From the IMG/VR virus record IMGVR_UViG_3300037153_000398: DNA of 64,000 bases; one strand, 5' to 3'. Positions 36,037 through 46,021 of the stretch are shown piece by piece (the first letter of the stretch is position 1; each line of letters opens with the position of its first letter). The translations under genes and the position numbers were made by a program. This DNA comes from an uncultured virus (IMG/VR IMGVR_UViG_3300037153_000398) (lineage: Duplodnaviria; Heunggongvirae; Uroviricota; Caudoviricetes). Under the pieces are notes generated by a model, which was given only the letters and a program-made list of their open reading frames with translations, had not been told where the DNA came from and searched no databases.

Positions 36037-36356
36037 CGCGGGACCAAATACTTGACGATGCTTTTCAGGATCGCGCGCGGGTCGCTCTTAGCGATCCAGG
36101 CGTCGATTTCGGCCGGCGACGCCGAGAGCTTTTTCCGCAGCTCCTTCAGGTCACGGTCGGCCGCGAGCGCCGCGCTGCGCTTATCCCATGCGTCGGGATC
36201 GTGAGCGTCGATGACGCTATCGAGCGTCTTTTGTTGCTTCGCGGTCAGCGCGTCGCGGCCGTCGAGGGTGCCGTCCGGTCGCCAGACAAGCGGCGTGCCG
36301 CCGAGCCCGGCCGCGACGAGTTCTTCGCCGAAGGATCGTCCGAGTTTTTTGCTCAT
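36033..36356 (-). CDS. fibre-associated hypothetical protein
   Basis: [12 protein letters not shown]...VIDAHDP; coupled. Confidence 0.65.
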   Translation of the reverse strand: MSKKLGRSFGEELVAAGLGGTPLVWRPDGTLDGRDALTAKQQKTLDSVIDAHDPDAWDKRSAALAADRDLKELRKKLSASPAEIDAWIAKSDPRAILKSIVKYLVPR

Positions 36357-37741
36357 GCCATTATCTCTACGATTTCGGCGTAGCCCTGCTGATTGTTGCC
36401 GGCCCCGACCGCGTGGCCCAACGCGCTCTTTATCTGAAGGCTGTAATACTGATCGACGCCCTCGACGTTCGGCTTGTCGTAGCCGACCAGCGATGCGTAG
36501 GCGGCTACCGAGCTTCCGCCGTTGCTCACTTCGGCGGCTGCGGAAACCTGACCGGAATTGTTGGTGGTGCCCCGGAATATCGCGGCATAGCAACCGTCGC
36601 TGGACGTGTTCGCATAAAAAATTTCCTCCCAATGGACGCGCACAAGGTTGACGGCATTGTGCGGCGTGATCGCGCCCGAGGCGATGGCGACATAGGTGGT
36701 CGATGACGTGCTTGGATTGCCGGCCGCATAGACCGACGAAAAGCGTTGGATGATGTCGCCGGGTCGCCGGACGCCCGGCCCCATCGTGACCACGCGGCGC
36801 GGCGCGACGTTGTAGGTGCCCGGCGTCGGCACGTCGCCCGGACCAAATTCGACATAGCCGAGCAAACGAATCTGTGCGCCGCCTACGGCGGTGGTGCCGT
36901 AAATGATGCCGGCCCCGTTCGATGCGCTGCCGATCCCGGCGACGTTGGCCAGCTCGTCGAAGCGATCCGGGTAAAGGTAGACCTGATAACTGCCCACATC
37001 CGGGCCGCCGCTGAACGCGCTCGATTGCCACAAGCCGAGTGCGACGCCAGTGCCGAGATTGATCGCCACGACCCAAAGCCGGAACGCGACGTTGGCGGCC
37101 GAGCCGAACGATGCGCCGATGGCCGTCGAGATAGAGAATGGCGAGATGATCGTGTACGTCGTCGGTAAACCAGAATCGCATCTAACAAACGTGATGCGTG
37201 GCGACGATGTCGCGCTCGGATCATTGCCGGCCGCATCCTTGACGCGCACCGTGAGGATGCCGCTGGCGACGCTCGCCTCAAGCGACAGGTTCTCGAAGTG
37301 CAGCGGCGGGTCGCGCGACAGCGTGATGGTCGAGCCGGCCGCCGCAACGCCGATGCCGCCGCGCGTGCCGGCCGTCGTGTTCGACGCGGCCACGTTGACC
37401 GCGCCGGCAAAGCCGTTGAGCGTCGTGACGCCGCCCGGCGTCCCGGCTGGCCCCTGCGGTCCCGTTGGCCCGGCAGGCCCGAGCGGTCCCGGTGGCCCGG
37501 CAGGCCCGGTCGCGCCTGTTGCGCCCGGCACGCCTTGAGGCCCTTGCGGACCCTGCGGGCCGGCAGGCCCGGTGCCGCCCGGTCCCTGCGGTCCCTGCGG
37601 CCCAGGTGGCCCAGGTGGCCCGACGCCACCGGGGCCTTGCGGCCCAGGCGGCCCCGGCAAACCTTGCGGACCCGGTGGTCCTTGCGGCCCCGGCGAGCCG
37701 CCCGGCCCGACCGTCAAAAGGACTTCCTCGCCATCGCTCAT
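36353..37741 (-). CDS. collagen-repeat tail fibre protein
   Basis: GPQGPPG repeats; [13 protein letters not shown]-terminal beta domain ending EIMA. Confidence 0.8.
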   Translation of the reverse strand: MSDGEEVLLTVGPGGSPGPQGPPGPQGLPGPPGPQGPGGVGPPGPPGPQGPQGPGGTGPAGPQGPQGPQGVPGATGATGPAGPPGPLGPAGPTGPQGPAGTPGGVTTLNGFAGAVNVAASNTTAGTRGGIGVAAAGSTITLSRDPPLHFENLSLEASVASGILTVRVKDAAGNDPSATSSPRITFVRCDSGLPTTYTIISPFSISTAIGASFGSAANVAFRLWVVAINLGTGVALGLWQSSAFSGGPDVGSYQVYLYPDRFDELANVAGIGSASNGAGIIYGTTAVGGAQIRLLGYVEFGPGDVPTPGTYNVAPRRVVTMGPGVRRPGDIIQRFSSVYAAGNPSTSSTTYVAIASGAITPHNAVNLVRVHWEEIFYANTSSDGCYAAIFRGTTNNSGQVSAAAEVSNGGSSVAAYASLVGYDKPNVEGVDQYYSLQIKSALGHAVGAGNNQQGYAEIVEIMA

Positions 37742-38112
37742 CGCGTCACGCCTTCAACGACGGTGACGGCGCAATCCAGAATGCGCTCGACGTAGCCGTT
37801 GGTCATCAGCCGCACGAGGTCGGCGACGTAGCTGCCCTCTTCGAGCTGAGAGAGCATGTCGCGCGTGATGCGGATGCTGAATTGTCCGGCCGTTGCGTTG
37901 TCGAGCGTGATGCCATTGGTCGGCGACGACAGCGACAAGACGACTTCGTGATCCGTTTCCTGATGACGCATCTCCATCATCAAGGTGCTGCCGGTCAGGT
38001 CGATAGGCGCAGTCGTGCCGTCGCCGGCCTGCGTCTGATAGACGAAGGGCACGATCCAATCTTCATTGCACGCAATGTTCATGGTGCCGGTGTAGTACGC
38101 GGGGCCGGGCAT
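37738..38112 (-). CDS. BppU-like baseplate/fibre adaptor
   Basis: [14 protein letters not shown]...GSYVADL...VVEGVTR. Confidence 0.7.
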   Translation of the reverse strand: MPGPAYYTGTMNIACNEDWIVPFVYQTQAGDGTTAPIDLTGSTLMMEMRHQETDHEVVLSLSSPTNGITLDNATAGQFSIRITRDMLSQLEEGSYVADLVRLMTNGYVERILDCAVTVVEGVTR

Positions 38113-38130
38113 TGTTTGTTTGCTCCGCTC

Positions 38131-39468
38131 TTAGCCGTACTGGCCGCCCGTTTCCAACAAGCCGGCGACGGTGCCCGGATAGTAGGTCAGCGGATTATTG
38201 GCGACGCCGACGATGCCATTGAGCATGGCGTGGAATCGCCTGCCGGTGACATTGCCGCCCCCGGTCATCGCCGAATAGAGCACGAAGGTATTTGCTCCGC
38301 TTTCCGCGTTGATGAATGCGTCGGCGAACGTGACCGCGCCGAGCACGTTCCAAGCCGGATAGCCGGCCGGGCCGGGCGGGTTCGGCACCCAAATCGGCGA
38401 GTCGGCCGAACAGATAATGTGATTGCCTGCGTTGGCCCCGGCCTCGATGTTGATGATAAGGCCCGCGTTGAGCAGGATCGCAGCACCGAACGACGCGGCG
38501 ATGTGAGAATTGACGGCAGGACCAAATTGCATCTTGCCATAGAGTTGCAGGTCGGTGCCCGAGTTGCCGGCCCCGACGCAATAGGTCGCTGGACCGAAAC
38601 AGGCCAAGCGAAAGCCGCCAATCGCATAGTTGCCGCCGACCACTGAAATACAATTGCCAGCCGATGCCTCGCTGACCGTGACGTTGGTCGGCGTGCTCAA
38701 ATCCCCTTCGATATAAACGGTGCCGACGCCATTGGTCGGCCCGCAAGAGAACGGCGGATAATCGCCGCCAGCGACGTGAACCTTTTGGCTGTAGCCGTTC
38801 ATATTGTATTTGGCCGTTTCGTTGACGCCACGCTGCGGCGTCGCGAACGGCCCGACCGTGGGGCTCAAGACGGTGGCCGAAGTGCCGTCGTAGTTCGTAT
38901 CGTTGCCGGTCGCGGCGTTGACGTACCAATCGGCGTTATGCTGCAGGATCGGGATTTGGCCGGTGCGCTGCGTGCCGCCAGCGATGAGCTGCCACTCGAC
39001 GCCGTCATCAAACAACAAAAGCCAAGCGGTCGCCGAAACGTCGCCAAGGTCGATGGGCGACAGGTCGGTGTGCGTCACCGGCCTGAAAGCGCCGCCGTTG
39101 AGCGAAAAGACCGTGCCGCCCTTCATCGAGGCGAAGCCCGGCTTGAACCAGACCACCGTGCCATACGGCGGCAATGTCCCGCCCGGCAGCGTCGGGATTT
39201 GCGCGCTCCACTGATTCGCCGTGCCGTAGTTGGTCGACTTGTTCAAGGCATTCTCGGTGTGGACTGCCTTGAAGACCTGCAGTAATTGCGTCAGGTCGCC
39301 GTTGCTCGGCACCAAGCCGGCCGCGATGATGCAGTTGACGATTTCACGTTGCGGATACTCGACCGCTTCGGCCGGGACGATAGAGCCCTGGATGCCGGCA
39401 GCCGGGTTGCCATTGATGTATCCAGCGTTCGGATTCGACGGCTGATCGAACGGCTGATTGTATTTCAT
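38131..39468 (-). CDS. tail fibre protein (baseplate-anchoring N-terminus, beta-helix C-terminus)
   Basis: YINGNPAAGIQGSIVPAEAVEYPQREIVNCI..AGL.PS..DLTQL; WYVNAATGND..DG....PFAT. Confidence 0.8.
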   Translation of the reverse strand: MKYNQPFDQPSNPNAGYINGNPAAGIQGSIVPAEAVEYPQREIVNCIIAAGLVPSNGDLTQLLQVFKAVHTENALNKSTNYGTANQWSAQIPTLPGGTLPPYGTVVWFKPGFASMKGGTVFSLNGGAFRPVTHTDLSPIDLGDVSATAWLLLFDDGVEWQLIAGGTQRTGQIPILQHNADWYVNAATGNDTNYDGTSATVLSPTVGPFATPQRGVNETAKYNMNGYSQKVHVAGGDYPPFSCGPTNGVGTVYIEGDLSTPTNVTVSEASAGNCISVVGGNYAIGGFRLACFGPATYCVGAGNSGTDLQLYGKMQFGPAVNSHIAASFGAAILLNAGLIINIEAGANAGNHIICSADSPIWVPNPPGPAGYPAWNVLGAVTFADAFINAESGANTFVLYSAMTGGGNVTGRRFHAMLNGIVGVANNPLTYYPGTVAGLLETGGQYG

Positions 39469-39484
39469 GTGACTGACTCTCTTT

Positions 39485-40165
39485 TCAGAACAGGACGACT
39501 TCGTCCCACTCGGTCGTCACCTTGAATTGCCAAGTGCCGGTCCCCGGCACGCTGGCGCGGATGACGAAGCCTTCATCGGGCGCAAGGAACAGCGGGTGCT
39601 CGCCCTGCAGCTTCTCGAAGAGCGTGACCGCGCTTGGAAAGAGCGGCGTATTCCCCGTCGTCGGTGCCGCCGCGACGCGGGTGTCGACCGCGTCCGGATC
39701 GAGCGTGCGCGTGCCGGGCGTCAGCGCCGCCGTCGTGGCGCACATGATGATAGCTTGCGAGTTGGCCATCGACGTGCGCAGCCGGCCGCCGCCGCCCACG
39801 AGATTGGCTTCGTTGCCGCCGCCGTCTGCCACGGTGAAACCGCGCGCGATGAACATGTCGAACGTCGCGACGCCGGCCGCGAAGCCGACGTTGGTCCAGG
39901 CGTTGATGCGCACGCGATTGATCAGCGCCAGCAGCGTTGCGGGCCACTGGAATGAATAGATCGGCGCATTGGCGGCGAGCCCTGCGGCGATGACGCCGCT
40001 CTTGGCGCAGTGCTGATAGATGCCGCCCGTGCCGTAGTCGAGCGGATACGGCGTCGCGAAGAGCATCGACCGCTGTATCGAGCCGTCGCCGCCAGCCGAG
40101 ATGTCGCGCATCCGCAGCGTGAAGGTGTCGCCGATGCCGTCCTTGATGAGTTTGTTGTCTGCCAT
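39485..40165 (-). CDS. hypothetical virion protein
   Basis: Within baseplate block; beta-rich, ends EWDE. Confidence 0.6.
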   Translation of the reverse strand: MADNKLIKDGIGDTFTLRMRDISAGGDGSIQRSMLFATPYPLDYGTGGIYQHCAKSGVIAAGLAANAPIYSFQWPATLLALINRVRINAWTNVGFAAGVATFDMFIARGFTVADGGGNEANLVGGGGRLRTSMANSQAIIMCATTAALTPGTRTLDPDAVDTRVAAAPTTGNTPLFPSAVTLFEKLQGEHPLFLAPDEGFVIRASVPGTGTWQFKVTTEWDEVVLF

Positions 40166-40166
40166 G

Positions 40167-40889
40167 TCACGGTATCCCGAGCGCGAGGTAGCCGCTGTTG
40201 AAGGTCTGGCTGAAGTCGAGGCTCACCACCGACGAATAATCGTAGACAATGACGGTGTGCGCCGGCTTGTACCGATCAAACAAACATTCGAGGTCTTGCG
40301 CGTGACCGATGCTCAAGAGGCGGTCGACGCCGCACTCGCCGATGCCGGTGTGGAAGTATGAGAGCGCGAGCGCGTTGACGTGAACGGTCCAGTAATAGCG
40401 AAGCTCGGGCGGCCCGAGCTGCCACATGAAGCGCGTCGGGTCTTCGGGGTTGTCGAGTTCGCTGCGCGTGTCGCCGACGCGCGAGATGCCGCACTGATAC
40501 GGCAGATATTCTGTAATCGTGATTGTGTAGCCGAGCGCCGCCGCGACATCGATGAAAAATTGCCGCGACTGGCCGCCGAGCATGGTCATCTTCAGGACCA
40601 GCGCGGTGCGCCGCGCCTCTGCGGTCTGCGGAACGGTGACGCACGGATCGGGCAGGCCCCAAGCGCGCTCCCAATCCGACAGCAGCTCGACCGTCGCGCG
40701 CGGGTCCGACTCGCGTTCTAAAAGATCGGCGGCGCGGCTATCGACGAAGCCGAAGGTGTCGGCGAGCCCAAAGCACGACAGGACAAGCGCGCTCTCCGGA
40801 TGCCGGGGCCACGCTTGCCCGTGCGGTAGCAGCCGAAGCAATTGATGTGCGTAGTCATTGCCGGTGCGTCTGACGTGGCGGTCAGCCAT
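40167..40889 (-). CDS. baseplate wedge protein, Mu gp48/YmfQ (DUF2313)
   Basis: LLPHGQAWP...ELLSDWERAWGLPD...GGQSRQFFI...KPAHT. Confidence 0.88.
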   Translation of the reverse strand: MADRHVRRTGNDYAHQLLRLLPHGQAWPRHPESALVLSCFGLADTFGFVDSRAADLLERESDPRATVELLSDWERAWGLPDPCVTVPQTAEARRTALVLKMTMLGGQSRQFFIDVAAALGYTITITEYLPYQCGISRVGDTRSELDNPEDPTRFMWQLGPPELRYYWTVHVNALALSYFHTGIGECGVDRLLSIGHAQDLECLFDRYKPAHTVIVYDYSSVVSLDFSQTFNSGYLALGIP

Positions 40890-42042
40890 GCTGATGCGTG
40901 ATCAGTTTTTGTTGCTGTTCGATTTGCGCGACGGTCGGCGTCGGCGCGGTGCTGTAATAGATGTCGCCGAGCACGGCCATGTAGCCGGGGGCCGGCATGA
41001 CATCGTCCTCTTGCGTGGTCATGTCGAACGAGATGACGCCGGGCGCGGCCATGACCGCCGCGTATTTCCAGGCCGCGTAAATCGTCTGGCCCGGCGCGGC
41101 GTAGAAATAGAGCATTTGTTGAATCGACGCCTCGATGGCCCCGCGAATGGCCGGCGTGTCCGGATTGAGACTGACCAGCGCGAAATCGATGGGCTGTTTG
41201 AGCGGCGCGAGCACGTAGCATTCCTTGACCGTGACCGGCCGCTTCGAATTCACGTAGGCCGCGACGGTGTCGACATCGTCTGGCAGCGGGAAGCCGTCAT
41301 TGTCGGCGCGCAGGTCGTCCATCATGAAGCGCACGGTCGCGGTGCCGATGCCTTGCTGATTGCCCACGGCCCAGGCCCGCGTGACGCCGGGCACGGCGAG
41401 CGCCCATGCTTCGTAATCGTAGGCCGCGCCGCCCATCGGCGGCTGACGGATGCGGCGCAGCACGCGGGCGCGCAGCTCATCGTCGGTTTCAGTATCGGTG
41501 CCGTTGATCAGCTCGACGACGGTCGCTTCGGCGTCGACGTTCGGCGGCCCGTTGATCAGCGCCAGCGAAGAGCCGGCGAGCTGATTGCCGATGGTGCCCG
41601 GATCGAGCGCGCGGATCGTGACCGGCGTCGGCGTGTCGGCGTCGATGGTGATTTCTTCCGTCGTCTCGTAGGTGACGCCGGTCATGCCGACGCTGCCGGC
41701 AATCAACTGCTGCCCTTCCGGCACCACGGCACCGCCGACGCCGGTCATCGTCGCCGAGCCGTCCGCGAGCGTGGCTGTCTTGCGCCCGGTCGAGCCGTCC
41801 GCGTTCACGAGCCAGATGTTCGCGTGGCGGTCGAGCCATTCCTGTTCGGCGGTGTCGGGGAGAAGCTGCAGCGCCAGCCAATCGATGTACTGCAGCGTCA
41901 GATGACAGATCGCGCCCATCGCGTCCGACATGACGCGCAAGACGCTGTTCGCAATCGCGGCGTCAGCGCCCGGCAGATAGGCGCGAACGGAGTCGCGCAC
42001 CATCGACCGCACTTGCTTCAGTGTCGGTGTCGACCACGGCAT
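40882..42042 (-). CDS. baseplate J-like protein (Mu gp47)
   Basis: QLLPDTAEQEWLDRHA; ETDDELRARVL...GGAAYDYEAWALAVPGVTRAW. Confidence 0.92.
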   Translation of the reverse strand: MPWSTPTLKQVRSMVRDSVRAYLPGADAAIANSVLRVMSDAMGAICHLTLQYIDWLALQLLPDTAEQEWLDRHANIWLVNADGSTGRKTATLADGSATMTGVGGAVVPEGQQLIAGSVGMTGVTYETTEEITIDADTPTPVTIRALDPGTIGNQLAGSSLALINGPPNVDAEATVVELINGTDTETDDELRARVLRRIRQPPMGGAAYDYEAWALAVPGVTRAWAVGNQQGIGTATVRFMMDDLRADNDGFPLPDDVDTVAAYVNSKRPVTVKECYVLAPLKQPIDFALVSLNPDTPAIRGAIEASIQQMLYFYAAPGQTIYAAWKYAAVMAAPGVISFDMTTQEDDVMPAPGYMAVLGDIYYSTAPTPTVAQIEQQQKLITHQHG

Positions 42043-42058
42043 GAGATGCTTTTGTTTG

Positions 42059-42607
42059 TTAGCGCGGCGGTCCCGCCGCAGGCGGATTGTAGGGGTTGTG
42101 CGGAATTTGCTCCGGTATCTCGTTCCAGAGCACTTGGAATTGCAGGTCGATTTCCAAGGCCGGCCCGCGATAGACGCGCACGACGGCGTCTATTTGCTCG
42201 ATGCCGACTCGCGATGCGTCGACGGTGAAGCGCGAGCCGATGCGCCGTTGGATGAACGGCTGAATCGCTTCGGTGATGTACGTCTCGACCCAGGCCACGG
42301 TCGAGCCCTGCGCCGCGCTCTGGTCGGTGATCTTCGAGCGTTTCAGCAACCAAAGCCGCGAGCCGATGGGCCAGCCGTCCCAAATCTCTTCGGCATCAAG
42401 ATCGCCCCACCATCCCATGCGGTCGGTCGAATTTGGATCGGGCAGGATGTCGGACGGATCGGCGAGCTTGTTGGTGCCGAGCGCGACGATGATGGCGGTC
42501 GCAAGCGCCTGCGTGTCGTCGAGCGTGCCGTTGGCCAAGAGATTCCAGTCGACCGTGACATCGTACTTCGGAAAAAACGTGTTCTGCACAAGCCGGATGT
42601 CAGGCAT
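42059..42607 (-). CDS. Mu gp46-like baseplate protein
   Basis: LATAIIVALGT...GWWGD...GSRLWLLKRSK. Confidence 0.9.
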   Translation of the reverse strand: MPDIRLVQNTFFPKYDVTVDWNLLANGTLDDTQALATAIIVALGTNKLADPSDILPDPNSTDRMGWWGDLDAEEIWDGWPIGSRLWLLKRSKITDQSAAQGSTVAWVETYITEAIQPFIQRRIGSRFTVDASRVGIEQIDAVVRVYRGPALEIDLQFQVLWNEIPEQIPHNPYNPPAAGPPR

Positions 42608-43493
42608 GGGATAGCGCCTGCTGCGCTTCGAGCTTTGCTTCGAGCGTCGCGACGCGCTCGGTCAAGTCGTTCACGATCTTGAACAGCTTGGCCACCGGGC
42701 TCTCGGGCAACGGCTCGCCGGCTTCGTCGACTTCGGCCAGTTCGCTGCCGCCGATCTTGGCCCACACGTTGACCGACGTGCCGGCGTCGGTTTCGACGCG
42801 GCCGAACGCGGCTTTGCCTTTCTCCGCGCCCAAATAAACATTGTTGTCGTCGGCGACGTGAACGTAGGTGTTTTTGTCTTTCAGCTTCAGATGAACGTTC
42901 GTGCCGGACGCCGTCGTCTTGTCCTTGGTCACGTCGACATACTGATAGCCGTTCTGGCCGTCCTTATAGACCGACTGCTGGCCGCGCTGCTGCTGGCCCC
43001 CTTGCTGACCGCCTTGCGCGCCCTGCTGCTGGCCTTGGCCCTGCTGCTGTTGCTGCTGCGCCGGCACGAGCTGCATCCGCACCGTCTTGCTATCGGGCGC
43101 GGACCAGAAGCCGCCGTCTTGTGTCAGATGAAACTGCTGCTGATCGTTGCGCTGCCGGAACATCGCGACATCGCCCTTTTGCAGCTTATAGAGCCGATGC
43201 CTGCGATCATCGATCACGGCCGCGACCGGGAAGCTCCGGTTGCCGCCCATGAAGCTGATGAACGTCTCTGCCGATCCGGTGATCTTGCCCGTGCCATCCT
43301 TGTCGGCGTCGGCGGTGACGCTGGTAAAGCCGTAATTCTGCGGAGCCTCGACGGCCTGCCGCTGCTCGCCGGCCATGAAGTGCCCGGCCATCTCTTGCAT
43401 GAATTTGGCGTCGTCGACTTCGGTGACGACGGAACGCGCGCCGCCGCCCGTGTAGGCGCGGTACGCGGCGGCTGCTGGCGTGGCACGGTGCAT
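42600..43493 (-). CDS. baseplate spike/assembly protein (Mu gp45-like)
   Basis: PQNYGFTS...GGNRS...DDRRHR..LQKGDVA; poly-Q insert. Confidence 0.85.
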   Translation of the reverse strand: MHRATPAAAAYRAYTGGGARSVVTEVDDAKFMQEMAGHFMAGEQRQAVEAPQNYGFTSVTADADKDGTGKITGSAETFISFMGGNRSFPVAAVIDDRRHRLYKLQKGDVAMFRQRNDQQQFHLTQDGGFWSAPDSKTVRMQLVPAQQQQQQGQGQQQGAQGGQQGGQQQRGQQSVYKDGQNGYQYVDVTKDKTTASGTNVHLKLKDKNTYVHVADDNNVYLGAEKGKAAFGRVETDAGTSVNVWAKIGGSELAEVDEAGEPLPESPVAKLFKIVNDLTERVATLEAKLEAQQALSHA

Positions 43494-43497
43494 GTTC

Positions 43498-44760
43498 TCA
43501 GTCCGGAATTTGCGGCGGCGGCGGCGTTGGCGTCGGCGCAGGTGCAGGCGTCGGGCCGGCCGTGTTCGAATTCGCGTTCGGATCGTTGGTCGGTGGTTGT
43601 TGCTGTTGCGTCGAGCCGGGCGCGAGCTGGCCGAAGCTCGGGAAGCCGAGCCGCCACGGCAGGACCAGCTCAAGCGTCGTCAGGCTGCCGCTGGCGCTGT
43701 CTTGCGTGTAGGTGACGGCCTGGATGCCGAGCGTGTCGTTGAGCATCGCCATCGGCGAGCGAACGTACACGAGCTGATTTGGTCGCCAGAGCGTGCCGTC
43801 GCTGCGCTTCCATCCCTGCACGGTGACGTTGGCGATCAGAACGTCGGTGTTGACGAAGCGCGCTTCATTGCGCGCGCGATTGGCCAGCTCGGCGAGATTC
43901 CAGACGGGCTGTTCGGCAACCGTTATCCAGGGCGCGAACCGCTTGGCGCGACCGTTGACATCGAAGCGTTGCTCCGATGCTTCGGTGCCGTTCATGTTGT
44001 CGCTGCCGGCCGTCTGACCGAGCGCGGTGATCGGATTGTAGTCGGTGATGGTTCGCCAGATCGCCTGCATCCGCAGGATATTCACGCCCTCGATTAGCGA
44101 CTCGGTGTCGGTGCCGCCTTGCTCGCCGATGAAGGTCCAGGCCCCGTTCTCATCGCTGCCCATGACCACGCCGCGCGGGCGCGCGATCCGTTCCAGAAAG
44201 TTGTAGACCGTCTCGCCGGGCTCGGCCTGCAGCTTGACGAAGGGCGTCGCATCGATGCTGCCGATGAAGCGGTATGGCACGCCGTAGCGTGGCAACAGCG
44301 TCGCGACAACCGCCGTGAACGGCATGTTGTCGAAGTTGCCCATGTCGGTCCCGCCACCGCCCGACTTGTCGACCGACGACTTCGAGGCCCAATAGCAATG
44401 GCTGTGGCCCTGCAGCATGACGCCATGCGTGTTGGCGTCGTAGGCGGTCTGCCGCACATCGATGTTGCCGGCGATGGCGAGCTGGCCGCCGAGATAGATC
44501 GCAACTTCGTCGCCCGGCACGAATTGCAATCTGTTCCAGAGCGTCGGCATCGGATCGCGCTCGACCGCGAGGAAGCGAAAGATGCCGTATGCGTCGAACA
44601 GCCGAAGCTGTATCCAGACTTGCTCCCAATCGGTGAAGACGCCGCTCGGGCCGCTCGCCTGAAAATCCGTATCGCTGTCCAAAAGCTCGCGCGTGACGAT
44701 GGTGGCGACTTCGTCCGGATTTGGCGGCGGCATCGTCAGCGGATCGTAGGTAAAGCTCAT
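43498..44760 (-). CDS. baseplate hub protein (Mu P/gp44-like)
   Basis: PGETVYNFLERIARPRG...LIEGVNIL...VQGWKRSDGTLWRPN. Confidence 0.88.
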   Translation of the reverse strand: MSFTYDPLTMPPPNPDEVATIVTRELLDSDTDFQASGPSGVFTDWEQVWIQLRLFDAYGIFRFLAVERDPMPTLWNRLQFVPGDEVAIYLGGQLAIAGNIDVRQTAYDANTHGVMLQGHSHCYWASKSSVDKSGGGGTDMGNFDNMPFTAVVATLLPRYGVPYRFIGSIDATPFVKLQAEPGETVYNFLERIARPRGVVMGSDENGAWTFIGEQGGTDTESLIEGVNILRMQAIWRTITDYNPITALGQTAGSDNMNGTEASEQRFDVNGRAKRFAPWITVAEQPVWNLAELANRARNEARFVNTDVLIANVTVQGWKRSDGTLWRPNQLVYVRSPMAMLNDTLGIQAVTYTQDSASGSLTTLELVLPWRLGFPSFGQLAPGSTQQQQPPTNDPNANSNTAGPTPAPAPTPTPPPPQIPD

Positions 44761-45425
44761 GATGCGAGCGCCCGCCCGGCGAGCGGCGCGAAGGCCGGAT
44801 GCACGATCTTGTTTTCGGCGCGTACTTCGTCGGCGCGGCCGGCGTCCGAATAAAGTTTGTACGCGATCACGAGCGTCGGATAGTTGGCGAAAAACTCGTA
44901 GTCGACCATGCGCGGCAACGGTCGCGCGGTCGCGACCAGATGCGCCGTCATCGCCGAGTGCAAACCGATCAGCGCCAGATAGACCATCGAGTTGTTCTGG
45001 TCCGCGACCAACTCTTCGGCCGGTATGAAGGCTTCGTTCATGGCGTGCTGCGCGGCGTCGACATCGTCGCGGCTGACGAATGTCGTGGCGACGATGACGC
45101 TGACTTCCGATGCGAGCGAGAGCTGGATAAGCGTTTGTTGCACGAGCTGCGCGCCGAGCGTCAGCGGCGTCGCGACCGATACCTGCACCCGCACGCTTTC
45201 GAGCTGCCCCCATGTGATGCCGGCCGCTTCCGCTTTCTGGAAGATGTCGAGCAGCGGCGCGCCGTACTGATCGTTCTGCAACAGCGCGCGGGAGTTGGCT
45301 CGAAAATCGCCGACCGCCGTGCGCAGATCGGAGCCGCTGCGGCCCCGCGTGTTGGTCGAGCCGAGCAAAAGCGCCAGCGCATCATTGACAATCGGCTCGG
45401 CTTCGATGGCGTCGGGACGCTGCAT
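44757..45425 (-). CDS. Mu N/gp43 DNA-circularisation protein, C-terminal part
   Basis: PTLVIAYKLYSDAGRADEV...NKIVHPAF. Confidence 0.75.
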   Translation of the reverse strand: MQRPDAIEAEPIVNDALALLLGSTNTRGRSGSDLRTAVGDFRANSRALLQNDQYGAPLLDIFQKAEAAGITWGQLESVRVQVSVATPLTLGAQLVQQTLIQLSLASEVSVIVATTFVSRDDVDAAQHAMNEAFIPAEELVADQNNSMVYLALIGLHSAMTAHLVATARPLPRMVDYEFFANYPTLVIAYKLYSDAGRADEVRAENKIVHPAFAPLAGRALAS

Positions 45426-45430
45426 CGCTC

Positions 45431-46021
45431 TTAGTCCTGAATGACCGGGGCCGGCCCGAGCACCGTGCCGTCGACCGTCACGTTCTGAAGATTGGTGATC
45501 GCGTTGCGCGCGACGTTGCCGGTCGCCGGGATCGGCTGATTTGGCGGCGAGCCGAATTCGACGAAGTCGATGTCGAAGACGCAGTAGCCGCCGAACCGCT
45601 CTTCCTCTGTCATGCGGTAATGCTCGCACGAACAGACGATAGGCTTCGGCATGGTGCTGATGCCCCGGATGGTCGGATAAAACAGCAGCGGGCCGGGGAT
45701 ACCGTCGTCGAGTCGCGCCTGCAGGAAGTCGCGCGGGTCGCGATAGTCGAAGGTCTGCAGCTCGGCGGCGCTGCGCGCGGCTTCCTTTTGCGGATAGGTG
45801 ATGACGTAGGCGCGCACGGAAAACCGAAACGCGCGCCGGCCCATGTTCTCCGCGTAGGGCAGCGTCTTTTTTGGAAACTCGTGCAGCGCAATGCGCTGGC
45901 CGCCGAGCTTGGTGCCGCTCGCGACATAAAACTGTGCGTCGCGGAAAAACGCGGTCGTCCATTCGGCGCGGTAGGGCGTGACGACTGGCGGCCCTGCCGG
46001 TGCGGTCGGCTCGAAGCTCAT
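45431..46021 (-). CDS. DNA_circ_N domain protein (Mu N/gp43 N-terminal part)
   Basis: GGQRIALHEFPKK..PYAENMGR...FDIDFVE.G. Confidence 0.85.
   Translation of the reverse strand: MSFEPTAPAGPPVVTPYRAEWTTAFFRDAQFYVASGTKLGGQRIALHEFPKKTLPYAENMGRRAFRFSVRAYVITYPQKEAARSAAELQTFDYRDPRDFLQARLDDGIPGPLLFYPTIRGISTMPKPIVCSCEHYRMTEEERFGGYCVFDIDFVEFGSPPNQPIPATGNVARNAITNLQNVTVDGTVLGPAPVIQD

Noticed and set aside
34606..39468. Diversity-generating retroelement or invertible tail-fibre cassette
   Set aside because: No reverse transcriptase, template-repeat copy or invertase visible in the window
42985..43060. CTG/CAG microsatellite as a phase-variation tract
   Set aside because: In-frame poly-Gln/Gly linker within the spike gene; triplet changes would not switch expression
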